A stretch of 64,000 bases of DNA from NCBI RefSeq assembly GCF_965204145.1, contig NZ_OZ241977.1, forward strand, positions 1,754,887-1,818,886, written 5' to 3'. Each line of letters begins with the position of its first letter. Positions within the stretch are counted from its first letter, which is position 1. The stretch is from Candidatus Poriferisocius sp. (GTDB lineage Bacteria > Actinomycetota > Acidimicrobiia > Acidimicrobiales > Bin134). Below are positions 10,587 through 20,703 of this stretch, in pieces. Made by a program: the position numbers and the translations under genes. A model generated the notes under the pieces. It ran no database searches. It was not told where the DNA came from and saw only the letters and a list, made by a program, of their open reading frames with translations.

Positions 10587-12044
10587 ATGTCCTGGCCCCA
10601 ATCGGGTTCTGAGGCCCGGCGTCCGGGAATTCGCCCCCGCATTTGGCGCCGGGCGGGCTCTCGGGCCCGGCGGCTGAGGCTCCGCACCCGCATCATCCTG
10701 GCTTTCGTGCTCTCCACCTTGCTGCTGTCGGCGGCGCTCAGCGTCATCGTGTTCGCGCTGACCCGCCAGAACCTCCTCAACGGGAGGGAGAATGACGCCC
10801 TGGCCACGGTGGGGTTCAACGCCTCGGTGGTCAACCGCCGTCTCAGCCCCGACATCGAGTCTGAGGCCCTCCAGAATCTGGTCAGCACGCTGGCCACCCC
10901 CGAGGGCTCCCGGCCGGTCTTGCGGGTGGGCAGCGACTGGTTTCAGCCGTCCTTCGAGTTCGAGCAGGGCGATATCGACGAGCGCCTCCGCCGAACCGTG
11001 GAAGGCGGCAAGCCGGCGCGGATGCGCTACCGGGTGAGGGACAGGCCCTTCTTGGTGATCGGCATCCCCATCCCCGGCCACAACGCCTCCTACTACGAGG
11101 CCACGCCGTTGGATGAAATCGAGGACACCCTGGGCTCCCTGGGAATCATCCTGGCCAGCGCGGGCGGGGGCGTGACCCTGGCCTCGGCCGTGGTCGGCTT
11201 CTGGGCCAGCCGTCGTCTGCTGCGCCCGCTGGTGGACATCGGCGAAGCCGCTCAGTCCATCGCCCGCGGCGACCTCAACACCCGGCTGGAGGCCGGGGCC
11301 GCCCAAGAGCTGGTTGCGCTCACCGACTCCTTCAACGACATGGTGGGCGCGCTCCAAGACCGGATCGCCCGGGATGAGCGATTCGCGTCCGAGGTAAGCC
11401 ACGAACTGCGATCGCCCCTCATGACCCTGTCCGCTTCGGTGGAGGTCATGAACACCCGCCGGGCCGAATTGCCCGAGCGGGCCCGAACCGCCCTGGACCT
11501 CTTGACCGAGGACGTCAACCGCTTCGAGCACTTGGTGGAGGATCTGCTGGAGATCTCCCGCTTCGACGTCGGCACCGCGGAACTGGATTTGGACGTGTTC
11601 AACCTGCTCGAGTTCGTGGAGAATGCCGTGTCGGCCACCAGCCCGGTCAAGATTCCCATCGACTGCGACCTGGTCACCGCTCGAACCAGGGTGCGGGCCG
11701 ACAAGCGCCGACTGGTGCAGGTCTTCGACAATCTGCTGAGCAATGCCCAGAGATACGCCGGGGGCGCCACCAAGATCGCCCTCGGCCATCAAGGCAAAGA
11801 GGTTGTGATCGCAATCGAGGACTCGGGACCCGGCGTGGCCGACGATGAGAGGGAGCACATCTTCGACCGGTTCTCCCGGGGCCGACAAGCAGTCGAGCGG
11901 GGTACCAGCACCGGAGTGGGACTGGGGCTGGCCCTTGTGGCCGAGCACGTGGGCCTGCATCAGGGCCGCGTTTGGTGCGAGGATCGACCTGACGGCCAGC
12001 CGGGGATCAGATTTGTCGTCTACCTCCCCATCGCCGTGCCATGA
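10587..12044 (+). CDS. HAMP-domain sensor histidine kinase
   Basis: Two TMs, SHELRSPL H-box, NLLSNA, DSGPG, GLGL. Confidence 0.92.
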   Translation: MSWPQSGSEARRPGIRPRIWRRAGSRARRLRLRTRIILAFVLSTLLLSAALSVIVFALTRQNLLNGRENDALATVGFNASVVNRRLSPDIESEALQNLVSTLATPEGSRPVLRVGSDWFQPSFEFEQGDIDERLRRTVEGGKPARMRYRVRDRPFLVIGIPIPGHNASYYEATPLDEIEDTLGSLGIILASAGGGVTLASAVVGFWASRRLLRPLVDIGEAAQSIARGDLNTRLEAGAAQELVALTDSFNDMVGALQDRIARDERFASEVSHELRSPLMTLSASVEVMNTRRAELPERARTALDLLTEDVNRFEHLVEDLLEISRFDVGTAELDLDVFNLLEFVENAVSATSPVKIPIDCDLVTARTRVRADKRRLVQVFDNLLSNAQRYAGGATKIALGHQGKEVVIAIEDSGPGVADDEREHIFDRFSRGRQAVERGTSTGVGLGLALVAEHVGLHQGRVWCEDRPDGQPGIRFVVYLPIAVP

Positions 12045-12841
12045 CCAGGGCAACCGCACGCCGACGCCGGGGGGCGGCTCTGGCCGCATCTCTGTCGGCC
12101 GTCGCCCTCTTGGTCGGCGCGGCCTGCTCAGTGCCCGAAGACGGCCGACCCCGCACCGTTGAATACTCCCGTCTCCCCGACGACCTGGCGGCGCCCACCG
12201 CGTCCCCGGAGCCAACGCCGCTGATCACCCAGGAGGTGCTCATCTACTTGATCGATGAGAACAACCTGCTGTCCCCCGTGGCCCGCGACGTGGCCAGCCC
12301 AGCCCGTCCCATCGCCGTGCTGGAGGCCCTCTTCTCCGCTCCCAACGAGACCGAGTCGGAACAGGCCCTGACCACCGCCCTGCCGGCCGATGTCGAGGTG
12401 TCCTCGGTGGACATCGACCCCTCCAACGACTTGGTGGTCGTGGCGCTGGAGTCCGAGGTGTTCGAAGAGCGCTTGGAGGGCGAGAATCGCCAGCTCGCCG
12501 TGGCCCAGCTGGTGTTCACCGCCACCCAGAACACCGGCTCAACCCGATTCTCATTGACGTTGAACGGCAACCCTGTGCCGCTGCCCACCGACAGCGGCGA
12601 GAGCGATGTGCCCGTGACCCGGGACGACTTCTATTCGCTGGATCCCGAATACCAGCCTGAACCCACGCCCGAGCCCACCCCGGTCGAGACTCCCACCGCG
12701 ACCGAACCCCCCACACCGACCGTGCCGCCCGAGGCACCGAGCCCGACGCCGACACCCCCCGTCGTGATCACTCCAACCCCCGAGCCCGGACCCACCCTGC
12801 CCCCGGGGATTCCTCCCGATTTCACCCTCGACTTGTCCTGA
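12041..12841 (+). CDS. GerMN-domain lipoprotein
   Basis: Lipobox GAAC; L.TALP and AVAQLVFTAT GerMN-like motifs; Pro/Thr-rich tail; directly after the TCS. Confidence 0.8.
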   Translation: MTRATARRRRGAALAASLSAVALLVGAACSVPEDGRPRTVEYSRLPDDLAAPTASPEPTPLITQEVLIYLIDENNLLSPVARDVASPARPIAVLEALFSAPNETESEQALTTALPADVEVSSVDIDPSNDLVVVALESEVFEERLEGENRQLAVAQLVFTATQNTGSTRFSLTLNGNPVPLPTDSGESDVPVTRDDFYSLDPEYQPEPTPEPTPVETPTATEPPTPTVPPEAPSPTPTPPVVITPTPEPGPTLPPGIPPDFTLDLS

Positions 12842-12882
12842 GATTGCCAACTCGACGGTGAGTGCCGGCCGGGGAGCGTCGG

Positions 12883-13914
12883 CTAGGGGAAAAACGCCCG
12901 GGCCACGTCGTAGAGCGCGGGGCTGACCGGCTTCAGCTCAGCCACCGCATCGGCGAGCCGTACCCGAACCATCTCCCCACCCTGAAATGCCACCATCGAC
13001 CCCCAGTCACCGTCGTGGACCGCATCGATGGCCGCGATGCCGTACCACGAGCACAGCACCCGGTCGAGCGCACTGGGGGTGCCGCCCCGCTGGATATGGC
13101 CGAGGACCGTCACCCGGGTGTCGAAACCGGTTCGGGCCTCGATCTCAGCCGCCACCACCTGGCCGATCCCGCCCAACCGGACGTGGCCGAACTGGTCGAT
13201 TTCCGGCTCGGGCATCTCGATGGTGCCCTCCTTTGGCCGAGCCCCTTCGGCCACTACCACGATGGAGGCCCAGCGTCCCCGTTGGTGGCGTCTGATGATG
13301 GCATCTGCCACTGCCTCGATATCGAAGGGCTCCTCGGGGATCAGGGTGAGTGTGGCCCCACCGGCGATGCCGGCCCAGGTGGCGATATGGCCCACATGGC
13401 GGCCCATCACCTCTACCACCATCACCCGGTCGTGCGACTCAGCGGTGGTGTGCAACCGGTCGATAGCCGCAGTGGCGATACCCACCGCGGTGTCAAAACC
13501 GAAGGTGAGCTCGGTGAGCCCGATGTCGTTGTCGATGGTCTTGGGCACCCCGACCACATTGGCCGCCCCGGCTTCGAACACCCCCACACCCGCCGAAAGA
13601 GTGCCCTCGCCCCCGATGACGATCAAAGCGTCGGCGCCCGCAGTCTCCATCGTGGCCCGCACCCGGTCGATCCCGTCGTCGTACATTCTGGGAGACAGCC
13701 GGGAAGTGCCCAGCACAGTGCCACCCCGGGGCAGAGTGCCCCGCATGCGCTCGACGTCCACCTCGATGAACTCGCCTTCGAGCACCCCGCGCCATCCATC
13801 GAGAAAACCGATCACCGAGTCGCCGTAGTGTCGCTCGGCCTTGCGCACGATTGCCCGGATGACGGCGTTCAACCCCGGACAGTCACCGCCCCCGGTCAGC
13901 ACACCGACTCTCAT
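12883..13914 (-). CDS. pfkA: 6-phosphofructokinase
   Basis: GVLTGGGDCPGLNAVIR, PKTIDND, EVMGRH. Confidence 0.93.
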   Translation of the reverse strand: MRVGVLTGGGDCPGLNAVIRAIVRKAERHYGDSVIGFLDGWRGVLEGEFIEVDVERMRGTLPRGGTVLGTSRLSPRMYDDGIDRVRATMETAGADALIVIGGEGTLSAGVGVFEAGAANVVGVPKTIDNDIGLTELTFGFDTAVGIATAAIDRLHTTAESHDRVMVVEVMGRHVGHIATWAGIAGGATLTLIPEEPFDIEAVADAIIRRHQRGRWASIVVVAEGARPKEGTIEMPEPEIDQFGHVRLGGIGQVVAAEIEARTGFDTRVTVLGHIQRGGTPSALDRVLCSWYGIAAIDAVHDGDWGSMVAFQGGEMVRVRLADAVAELKPVSPALYDVARAFFP

Positions 13915-13938
13915 GGGGCTCTCAAGGGAACTTGGCCT

Positions 13939-15114
13939 CTAATCCAGCTTGGTCAGCGATTGGCGGAGTTGGCGGACGGCTTGCGCGGTGCGCTGCTCAT
14001 TCTCAATGAGCGCGAACCTGACGTGGCCCTCCCCGCCGGGGCCGAATCCCACCCCCGGCGAGACCGCCACTCGGGCGTCCCGCACTAGCCAGGAGGCGAA
14101 CTCCACCGAACCCATTTCCCGATAGGGCTCGGGGATCTTGGCCCAAACGAACATGGTCCCCTTGGGCGGCTCCACTTCCCAGCCCATTCGGTTCAGCCCC
14201 AAGCAGAGGGCGTCGCGGCGGCTCTGGTAGATGTCGCACACCTCTTTGGGATGGCCGGGCGCCTCGTTCAAAGTCACCGTGGCGGCGATCTGGATGGGCT
14301 GGAAGGTGCCGTAGTCCAAATAGGACTTGAGCTTGGCCAACGCCGCCACCACCCGGGGATTGCCCACCATGAACGCCACCCGCCAGCCGGCCATGGAGAA
14401 GGACTTCGTCATGGAATAGAGCTCCACCGCCACATCCTTGGCCCCCTCAACCTGCATGATGGATGGTGGCAGGTAGCCGTCGTATCCCAGGTCGGCGTAG
14501 GCGAAATCGTGGACCAGCAGCACGTCGTGCTCTTTGGCGAAGTCCACGACACCGGCCATGAACTCCAGGTCCACACATGCGGTGGTGGGGTTGTGGGGGA
14601 ACGAGAGCACGATGATGCGGGGCTTGGGCCACGAATACCGCCAGCGCTCCTGCATCGTCCCGAAGAAATCAGTGCCCGTGCTCAGGGGAATCTCCCGCAC
14701 CTCAGCACCGGCGAACAACGGTGCATACAGGTGGATGGGATAGGAGGGCGAGGGCACCAGCGCGGCGTCGCCGGGCTGGAGCAGCGTCCACATGAGATGG
14801 GAGAACCCCTCCTTGGCCCCGATGGTGTTGATCACCTCGGTGTCGGGGTCGAGATACACGCCGAACCGCCGGGCGTAGTACCCGGCGATGGCCTCGCGCA
14901 GCTTGGGGATGCCCCGGCTGGCCGAGTAGCGGTGGTTGCGGGGGTTGCGAGTCGCCTCCGCCAGCTTCTCCACCGCGATATCGGGGGACGGCAGATCGGG
15001 ATTGCCGAACCCCAGGTCGATGATGTCATGGCCGTCTCGGCGACCTTCCACCTTCAAGTCGTTGATGATGGTGAAGACATACGGGGGCAGGTTGTTGATC
15101 CGGCGGAACTCCAC
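13939..15114 (-). CDS. Class I/II PLP aminotransferase (AlaC-like)
   Basis: [24 protein letters not shown]. Confidence 0.88.
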   Translation of the reverse strand: MEFRRINNLPPYVFTIINDLKVEGRRDGHDIIDLGFGNPDLPSPDIAVEKLAEATRNPRNHRYSASRGIPKLREAIAGYYARRFGVYLDPDTEVINTIGAKEGFSHLMWTLLQPGDAALVPSPSYPIHLYAPLFAGAEVREIPLSTGTDFFGTMQERWRYSWPKPRIIVLSFPHNPTTACVDLEFMAGVVDFAKEHDVLLVHDFAYADLGYDGYLPPSIMQVEGAKDVAVELYSMTKSFSMAGWRVAFMVGNPRVVAALAKLKSYLDYGTFQPIQIAATVTLNEAPGHPKEVCDIYQSRRDALCLGLNRMGWEVEPPKGTMFVWAKIPEPYREMGSVEFASWLVRDARVAVSPGVGFGPGGEGHVRFALIENEQRTAQAVRQLRQSLTKLD

Positions 15115-15143
15115 AGGTCCAATCTACTTTCTGGAAGTCAGAT

Positions 15144-15605
15144 TTAATGTGGTTTCCCGGCACCGGATTCGGCCCGGCGGCGCAGGTTCTCCAGTGCGGT
15201 CTGCATGACGCGTGCCTCGGCCCTGCGCTTTACGAAACCGGGCAGCGGCATCACCATCTGGACGGCAAGGTGATAGGTGACCTCCGTGCGATCCGGTTCG
15301 CCGGGCACCGAGTTGAAGCAGTACTCCCCGTCGAGTCGGCGAGTCAGATCCCCCTGCACCAACCGCCAGGACACCCGGAGCGGGTTGGACCCGTAGTAGT
15401 ACTCCAGCAGATAGTTGGTGCTGCGGCCCATGGCTGCGGCCCGGAACGACACCAGGCCGCCCCGGCCGTCGTCGTCCCGTCGGACCACCTCCACCTGCTT
15501 CACCTCGGTGGCCCATTCGGGATAGGACTCGAAATCGCACACCACTTCGAAGCAGCGCTCCGGCGATGCTTCTATGGAGATGCTCTTGGTGGCCTGGTCA
15601 AACAT
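15144..15605 (-). CDS. SRPBCC / polyketide cyclase-dehydrase family protein
   Basis: DFESYPEW START-like motif; start at ATG 15605 overlapping the upstream stop. Confidence 0.8.
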   Translation of the reverse strand: MFDQATKSISIEASPERCFEVVCDFESYPEWATEVKQVEVVRRDDDGRGGLVSFRAAAMGRSTNYLLEYYYGSNPLRVSWRLVQGDLTRRLDGEYCFNSVPGEPDRTEVTYHLAVQMVMPLPGFVKRRAEARVMQTALENLRRRAESGAGKPH

Positions 15606-16098
15606 CGTCACCGTTCCTGCTGGGATCGACGCGTTCTGAAGTTGGGTCATCGGAAGGCCGGGGCGGGAAGATCCCGTGCCTGGCCCCCCATGCACCGGAC
15701 AAGCCGAGTGCATAGACAGGTACCAGGATACCGAATGCGGACGCGGTGAACGGACGCACCGAGGCCGCGGCCAGCGCCACGACCACCTCGGTGGCCACAG
15801 CGGCCATCATCGAGAGCCGAACCGAACGGGGCGCACAGCCCGCCAGAAAGTAGAGGCCCCCCACGCCGATCAACTCGTAGCGACTGCGCTGCAACGCCCG
15901 CTGGAAAGCCCAGAGCATGGCTGCACACCCGGCGACCAGCAGCCCGAGCGACACCACTGCGATGGGAACGGCCATGGGATCGGGAAACGCCGTGGTGGCA
16001 ATAGCGACGGCAGCGAACACCGCAGTCCCCGCCCAGCACGCCCGAAGAAGGTCCTGGCCCTCGACCCCCGGGGGCACCAAGCGGCTGCTCAATGCCAT
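15598..16098 (-). CDS. Hypothetical membrane protein
   Basis: About four hydrophobic segments; translationally coupled to its neighbours. Confidence 0.7.
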   Translation of the reverse strand: MALSSRLVPPGVEGQDLLRACWAGTAVFAAVAIATTAFPDPMAVPIAVVSLGLLVAGCAAMLWAFQRALQRSRYELIGVGGLYFLAGCAPRSVRLSMMAAVATEVVVALAAASVRPFTASAFGILVPVYALGLSGAWGARHGIFPPRPSDDPTSERVDPSRNGDDV

Positions 16099-17240
16099 CA
16101 GCGATTCATCCCGCGGGCTATGACCTCGGCTATCACCCCTCGAAGCCGCTCGGCCATATGGTCATAGGAGAATTCGGCCACTGCTCTCAGCCGGCTTTCC
16201 AGCCCCATCCGCTGAAGGCGAACCCGATCCGACAGCAGGGTATCCAAAGATGCGATCACTGCATCCAGGTGGCTGGGCTCTTGCACCACCAGACCGGTTC
16301 GGCCATGCTCCACCGCCTCGGCCGCTCCCCCACTGTCACCAGCCAACTGTGGCACTCCGGCGGCGGCGGCCTCCAAGAACACGATGCCGAATCCCTCCTG
16401 CTCCAAACCACCCCAGCGCTGGCGGCACACCATGGCGAACACATCGGCACAGCCGTAGAGGTCGGGCAGGTCCGCATCGGCCACCCGATCGAGCAGGCGG
16501 GCCGGTGCGCCCGTGCGCCCGATGAGCCGGTCGAGACGATCCCGGTCGCGCCCGGCACCGGCTATCGCCAGGGTGAGCCCCGGATGGCGGTCGGCCAGTC
16601 GGGCCGACGCCGCAATCAGCACATCCATCCCCTTGCGAGGCACCAGCCGGCTGATGGACACAACCACCGGGGCATCGACGGGAAGTCCGAATCGCAGGCG
16701 GGCCTCCCGCCGCTGGACCGCATCCAGGGGTTTGAAGCGATCGATGTCAACCCCGGGCGGCACGATCACTGCGGGCAGCGGACCACCGGCGGCCCGCTCG
16801 GCTTCGGCCACCGAGTACCGCCCAGCGGTGATCACCACTTCGGCGCCGCGCAGCACCCGGGCCAGCAGCTGCCGGGTGCCGGGCAGGCGACCCGGGACGG
16901 TCACCTCGGCCCCGTGCAGGATCACGCCGTAGGGATGGGGCAGGCGGGGGGCGAGCGCCCCCAGCGGAACCGCGGGGTCATAGAGCACCAGCTCGGCATC
17001 GACCTCGGCGACCAGCCTGCTGATCTCCTCGGCCATCTCCCGGGTGGGCAGCAGAAACTGGCGGGGCGAGCGGACCACCTGGTGACCTTGCTGGGCATCC
17101 CACTCTGCGTCCCCGGGATGGGACCGGGTCAGCACGCATACCTCTTCGGGGGGCAGCCGGCGCCACAGCTCCCACAGGTAGTTCTGGATGCCCCCCAGCT
17201 TGGGGGGATAGTCGTTGGTGACCAGGAGATGCCGGGCCAT
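16098..17240 (-). CDS. GT4 glycosyltransferase (PimB-like)
   Basis: TNDYPPKLGGIQ, SRLVPRKG, EGFGIVFLEA. Confidence 0.9.
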   Translation of the reverse strand: MARHLLVTNDYPPKLGGIQNYLWELWRRLPPEEVCVLTRSHPGDAEWDAQQGHQVVRSPRQFLLPTREMAEEISRLVAEVDAELVLYDPAVPLGALAPRLPHPYGVILHGAEVTVPGRLPGTRQLLARVLRGAEVVITAGRYSVAEAERAAGGPLPAVIVPPGVDIDRFKPLDAVQRREARLRFGLPVDAPVVVSISRLVPRKGMDVLIAASARLADRHPGLTLAIAGAGRDRDRLDRLIGRTGAPARLLDRVADADLPDLYGCADVFAMVCRQRWGGLEQEGFGIVFLEAAAAGVPQLAGDSGGAAEAVEHGRTGLVVQEPSHLDAVIASLDTLLSDRVRLQRMGLESRLRAVAEFSYDHMAERLRGVIAEVIARGMNR

Positions 17241-17243
17241 GGC

Positions 17244-18302
17244 TCAAACCGGCTCTACCGAGCGCACACCGAGGCGGGAAGCCGCCCAATCGGCGTGGCG
17301 CACCAGCATGGGGTCGGGGTCCGACAGGTAGCGGTGCAGGATATCGATCACTGCGGGATCGTTTCTTCGGCCGGAGTTTCCCAGCGCGACCAGCGCGTTG
17401 CGCCGCACATAGCGGGGCTCGCGCCGGGGAATGTACCAGCGGCCATAGCGGGCCATCAGCTCATCGTCGTCCAATTGCAGCAGATCCACCAGATCCACCC
17501 ATGCGATGTCATCATCCAGATCACCAGATCCTGCTTCGGCCCTAGCGCGGTCGGACTCGGCCGCCCTGTTGGGGGGGCACACTTCCTGGCAGTCGTCGCA
17601 GCCGTAGATCCGGTCGCCCAGAGCCTCTCGGAACTCCAGGGGGAAATCGCCGTCGGCCTGCACCAGCCACGCCAGGCACCGGCGGGCGTCCACCACGCCG
17701 GGCGCCACGATCGCCCCCGTTGGGCAGCCGTCCAAACAGCGGCGACACGGCCCGCACTGATCGGGAACCGGGTTCGACTGCTCAAGCGCCGCAGTGGTGA
17801 TCACCGAGCCCAGCACGAACCAGCTCCCCTGGCCCGGAAGCAAGATATTGCTGTTCTTGCCGTACCAGCCCAGCCCCGCCCGCCGGGCCGCCTCCCGGTC
17901 CACGAGGGCATTGTCGTCAGCCACGACGGCGGCCTCATGGCCGGCGCTGCGCAGCAGCTCGGCAACTTCGCGCAGAGCTTCTCGCAGCGTGGCGTAGTAG
18001 TCGCGGCGGGCGTAGGCCGCCACCCGGCCCACCGCCCGGTCGGGTGCCACCGGAATTCGACGCCGGTAGCCGAGCGCACCGACCACCAGCGACCGGGCCC
18101 CGGCCACCGTGCGGCCGGGGTCGGTGGAGCGGTCGGGATTGCGATAGGTGAACGCCATGCCCCCGTGCAGGCCCTGTCCTCGCCTCTCCACCAAGGTGGC
18201 CCGGGTGGACTCGAAGGGCTCGGCCGGGGCCACGCCGACGGCGTCGAGTCCGGCGGCCAAGCCAGCCGCGATCACTTCATCGGCGTTGAGGGCGCTCACC
18301 AC
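17244..18302 (-). CDS. queG: tRNA epoxyqueuosine reductase
   Basis: YAR.RDY, GLGWYGKN, CGPCRRCLDGCPTGA, IYGCDDCQEVCP. Confidence 0.92.
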   Translation of the reverse strand: MVSALNADEVIAAGLAAGLDAVGVAPAEPFESTRATLVERRGQGLHGGMAFTYRNPDRSTDPGRTVAGARSLVVGALGYRRRIPVAPDRAVGRVAAYARRDYYATLREALREVAELLRSAGHEAAVVADDNALVDREAARRAGLGWYGKNSNILLPGQGSWFVLGSVITTAALEQSNPVPDQCGPCRRCLDGCPTGAIVAPGVVDARRCLAWLVQADGDFPLEFREALGDRIYGCDDCQEVCPPNRAAESDRARAEAGSGDLDDDIAWVDLVDLLQLDDDELMARYGRWYIPRREPRYVRRNALVALGNSGRRNDPAVIDILHRYLSDPDPMLVRHADWAASRLGVRSVEPV

Positions 18303-19597
18303 TCTCCGAAACTCGTCCAGCCCTCAGGGTCTTCTACCTCAAGGCCCATGATCTCCAACAGCTTGCGGGGGTGGACGAGGTTGGCCCCCCTGTCTCGGGC
18401 CCGCTCGCGTACTTCACCGTCCTCGGAGACCACCACGATCTGTCGCGACAGCGGATAGGACTCACACTGGTTGATGATGTGGTCATCGGCGGTCATCCCC
18501 GGCTCGGAGAATCGAACCGTCACCCCCAGGGAGCGGGCAGTGGTGGCGATGTAGTCGTAGTCGGTCTCGGTGCCGTCGAACACCACGACGAACTCCGCCC
18601 CGGAATACCGGGCGCTCAGCTCCTCGATCTTGCGAAGAAACCGGTGCCGCTGCTCCTGCACTGCCAGTTTCTCCCAGTTCTTGAACGTCACGTTGTAGCC
18701 GTCGACCAGCACCACCACGTCGGACACCTGCCGAAGCAGATATTCGACGGCTTCAGGGGTGTCATTGAGCAACCCGCCGGGCATGGAAACCGGCGTTCGC
18801 TTGGTCAGCGGGGGCGGCAGCACGGGCTCGGGCTCAGCCGGGGGCTCAAAACCGGCCTCTCGGGCCATCGCCACCTCGTTTTCGGCAGCCGCCAGCCGCG
18901 CTTTGAGGCTGCTGACCTCCCCGCCATGCTGCTCGCGGGCATCCCTGAGGTCTTTTTTGAGCCGGTCGTTCTGCGCCTGAGCCTTCTTCAGCTTCTCGTC
19001 GGTTCGAACCTCTTTGCGCTGGACTCGCTCCAAGCTGCTCTGAGCAGTCTCGAGTGCCGTTCGCGTCTGATCCAACAGGGCAATGAGCCTGGCCGCCTCC
19101 TCATCGGCTCGACGAGCCTCGGTGCGGGCCTGGGCGGCCTGCAATCGAGCCTCATCCCGCTCACGGGCAGCCCTGTCCCGATGGACATCGGCCTTTTCGA
19201 GGCCCGTCTCGGCCCGTTGCAGTCGCTGCGCGAGCTCTTGGACCCGTTGGGCATCAGCAGCCCGCTCTGAATCGCGCTCGGCGGTTGCAGCCAGCGCGGC
19301 ATACTCCTTCTCCCACCCGTCCGGTCGAGTCAGCCAAAGCCAACCGATTCGGCCCACCTCCTCCTCGGCAATAGCCGCAACCACCCGCTCTCGGAACTCC
19401 CCGTCGGCCTCCACCACCTGGCGCACCTGGTTCAACGCCCGTTCGGTGAACTTGCTCTTGTTGAACGCCATGAACTGCTTCAACCGTGCCGGCGGGTCGA
19501 TCGGGGGCTTCTCTTTCTGCCCGGCCCGAGCGATCTCCACCGACCTCATGAGCGCGTCTCTCAATTCCTCAGTTGTCGGACTATTCCCCGGTTTCAT
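18296..19597 (-). CDS. Coiled-coil plus NYN/YacP-like nuclease domain protein
   Basis: LVDGYNV, VVFDG, TADD.I, VVSED motifs. Confidence 0.85.
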   Translation of the reverse strand: MKPGNSPTTEELRDALMRSVEIARAGQKEKPPIDPPARLKQFMAFNKSKFTERALNQVRQVVEADGEFRERVVAAIAEEEVGRIGWLWLTRPDGWEKEYAALAATAERDSERAADAQRVQELAQRLQRAETGLEKADVHRDRAARERDEARLQAAQARTEARRADEEAARLIALLDQTRTALETAQSSLERVQRKEVRTDEKLKKAQAQNDRLKKDLRDAREQHGGEVSSLKARLAAAENEVAMAREAGFEPPAEPEPVLPPPLTKRTPVSMPGGLLNDTPEAVEYLLRQVSDVVVLVDGYNVTFKNWEKLAVQEQRHRFLRKIEELSARYSGAEFVVVFDGTETDYDYIATTARSLGVTVRFSEPGMTADDHIINQCESYPLSRQIVVVSEDGEVRERARDRGANLVHPRKLLEIMGLEVEDPEGWTSFGEW

Positions 19598-20658
19598 TCC
19601 TGCTCCCCACCCTGCTGGTCGGCGTCATTTGAGACCGAGACGAAGGCATCCAGCACTTCGCCCGCCTGCCCGTCGTCGATGGATGCCGACGCGGCCTCCA
19701 GCCCTTCACCCAGTGTGTCGGCCACATCGGCCACCACCAAGGCCCCGGCCGCGTTGAGCACCACGATGTCCCGGTGCGGCCCCGGCTGGCCGTCCAAGAC
19801 CCGTCGCAAGCAGTCGGCATTGACGGCTGCATCCCCGCCTACCAAATCCCCTGGGGAGGCGGGCGCCAGACCCAGCGCAGCGGGATCCACCGTGTGGTGG
19901 AGCGTATTGCCATCCCGCAACTCCCAGACATCGGTGGGCGCTGTGGTGGACAACTCGTCCAAGCCGTCCTGGCCGTGCACGATCATGGCCCGCTCCGAAC
20001 CGGTGGCAGCCAGCACTTCCAGCATGATCTCGGCCATCGACCGATCGCTGGTCCCCACCAGCTGGCGCCGAACGCGGGCCGGGTTGGCCAGCGGCCCGAG
20101 GAAGTTGAACACCGTGCCCACGCCCAGCTCCCGCCGGGGCGGTCCCGCATGGCGCATGGCCGGATGGAAGCGGGGGGCCAAACAGAAACCGAAGCCGACC
20201 TCGGTCACACACCGGGCCACGCCGTTGGGACCGAGATCGATCACCGCCCCCAGCGCCTCCAGCACATCAGCAGACCCGCATTGGGATGAGGCCGACCGGT
20301 TGCCGTGCTTGCACACCCTGGCCCCCGCTCCAACAGCCACCAGCGCAGCCGCGGTGGACACGTTGATGCTGCCGCTGTGGTCGCCGCCGGTGCCGCAGGT
20401 GTCGATCAGGCCGAGGCCGGCGGCATCCAGCGGAACCGTCTCCGCCGCCTCCCGCATGGCCGACAGCAGGCCGACGAGTTCTTCCGCGGTCTCCCCCTTG
20501 GTCCGCAAAGCAATCACAAACCCGGCGATCTGCGCAGGCGTCGCCTCCCCCTGAAGGATCTCGGACATGACCGCGTCGGCCGCCGCCGCGCTGAGGTGGC
20601 CGCCTCCCGTCAACTGCCGGAATATCCCGGCCCATCCCCCGTGCTCGTCGAGGCTCAC
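19594..20658 (-). CDS. trpD: Anthranilate phosphoribosyltransferase
   Basis: DTCGTGGD, NVST, KHGNRS, GSADVLEALG. Confidence 0.95.
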   Translation of the reverse strand: MSLDEHGGWAGIFRQLTGGGHLSAAAADAVMSEILQGEATPAQIAGFVIALRTKGETAEELVGLLSAMREAAETVPLDAAGLGLIDTCGTGGDHSGSINVSTAAALVAVGAGARVCKHGNRSASSQCGSADVLEALGAVIDLGPNGVARCVTEVGFGFCLAPRFHPAMRHAGPPRRELGVGTVFNFLGPLANPARVRRQLVGTSDRSMAEIMLEVLAATGSERAMIVHGQDGLDELSTTAPTDVWELRDGNTLHHTVDPAALGLAPASPGDLVGGDAAVNADCLRRVLDGQPGPHRDIVVLNAAGALVVADVADTLGEGLEAASASIDDGQAGEVLDAFVSVSNDADQQGGEQE

Positions 20659-20703
20659 GGCCTAAGTGTGGCCCATCATCTGTACCCTGCCACAATCTCC
20701 TTT

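Noticed and set aside
16092-18458. 788-aa plus-strand ORF (likewise 24162-26309 + and 10458-12215 -)
   Set aside because: Antisense to clearly identifiable genes (GT4/queG, PBP, histidine kinase)
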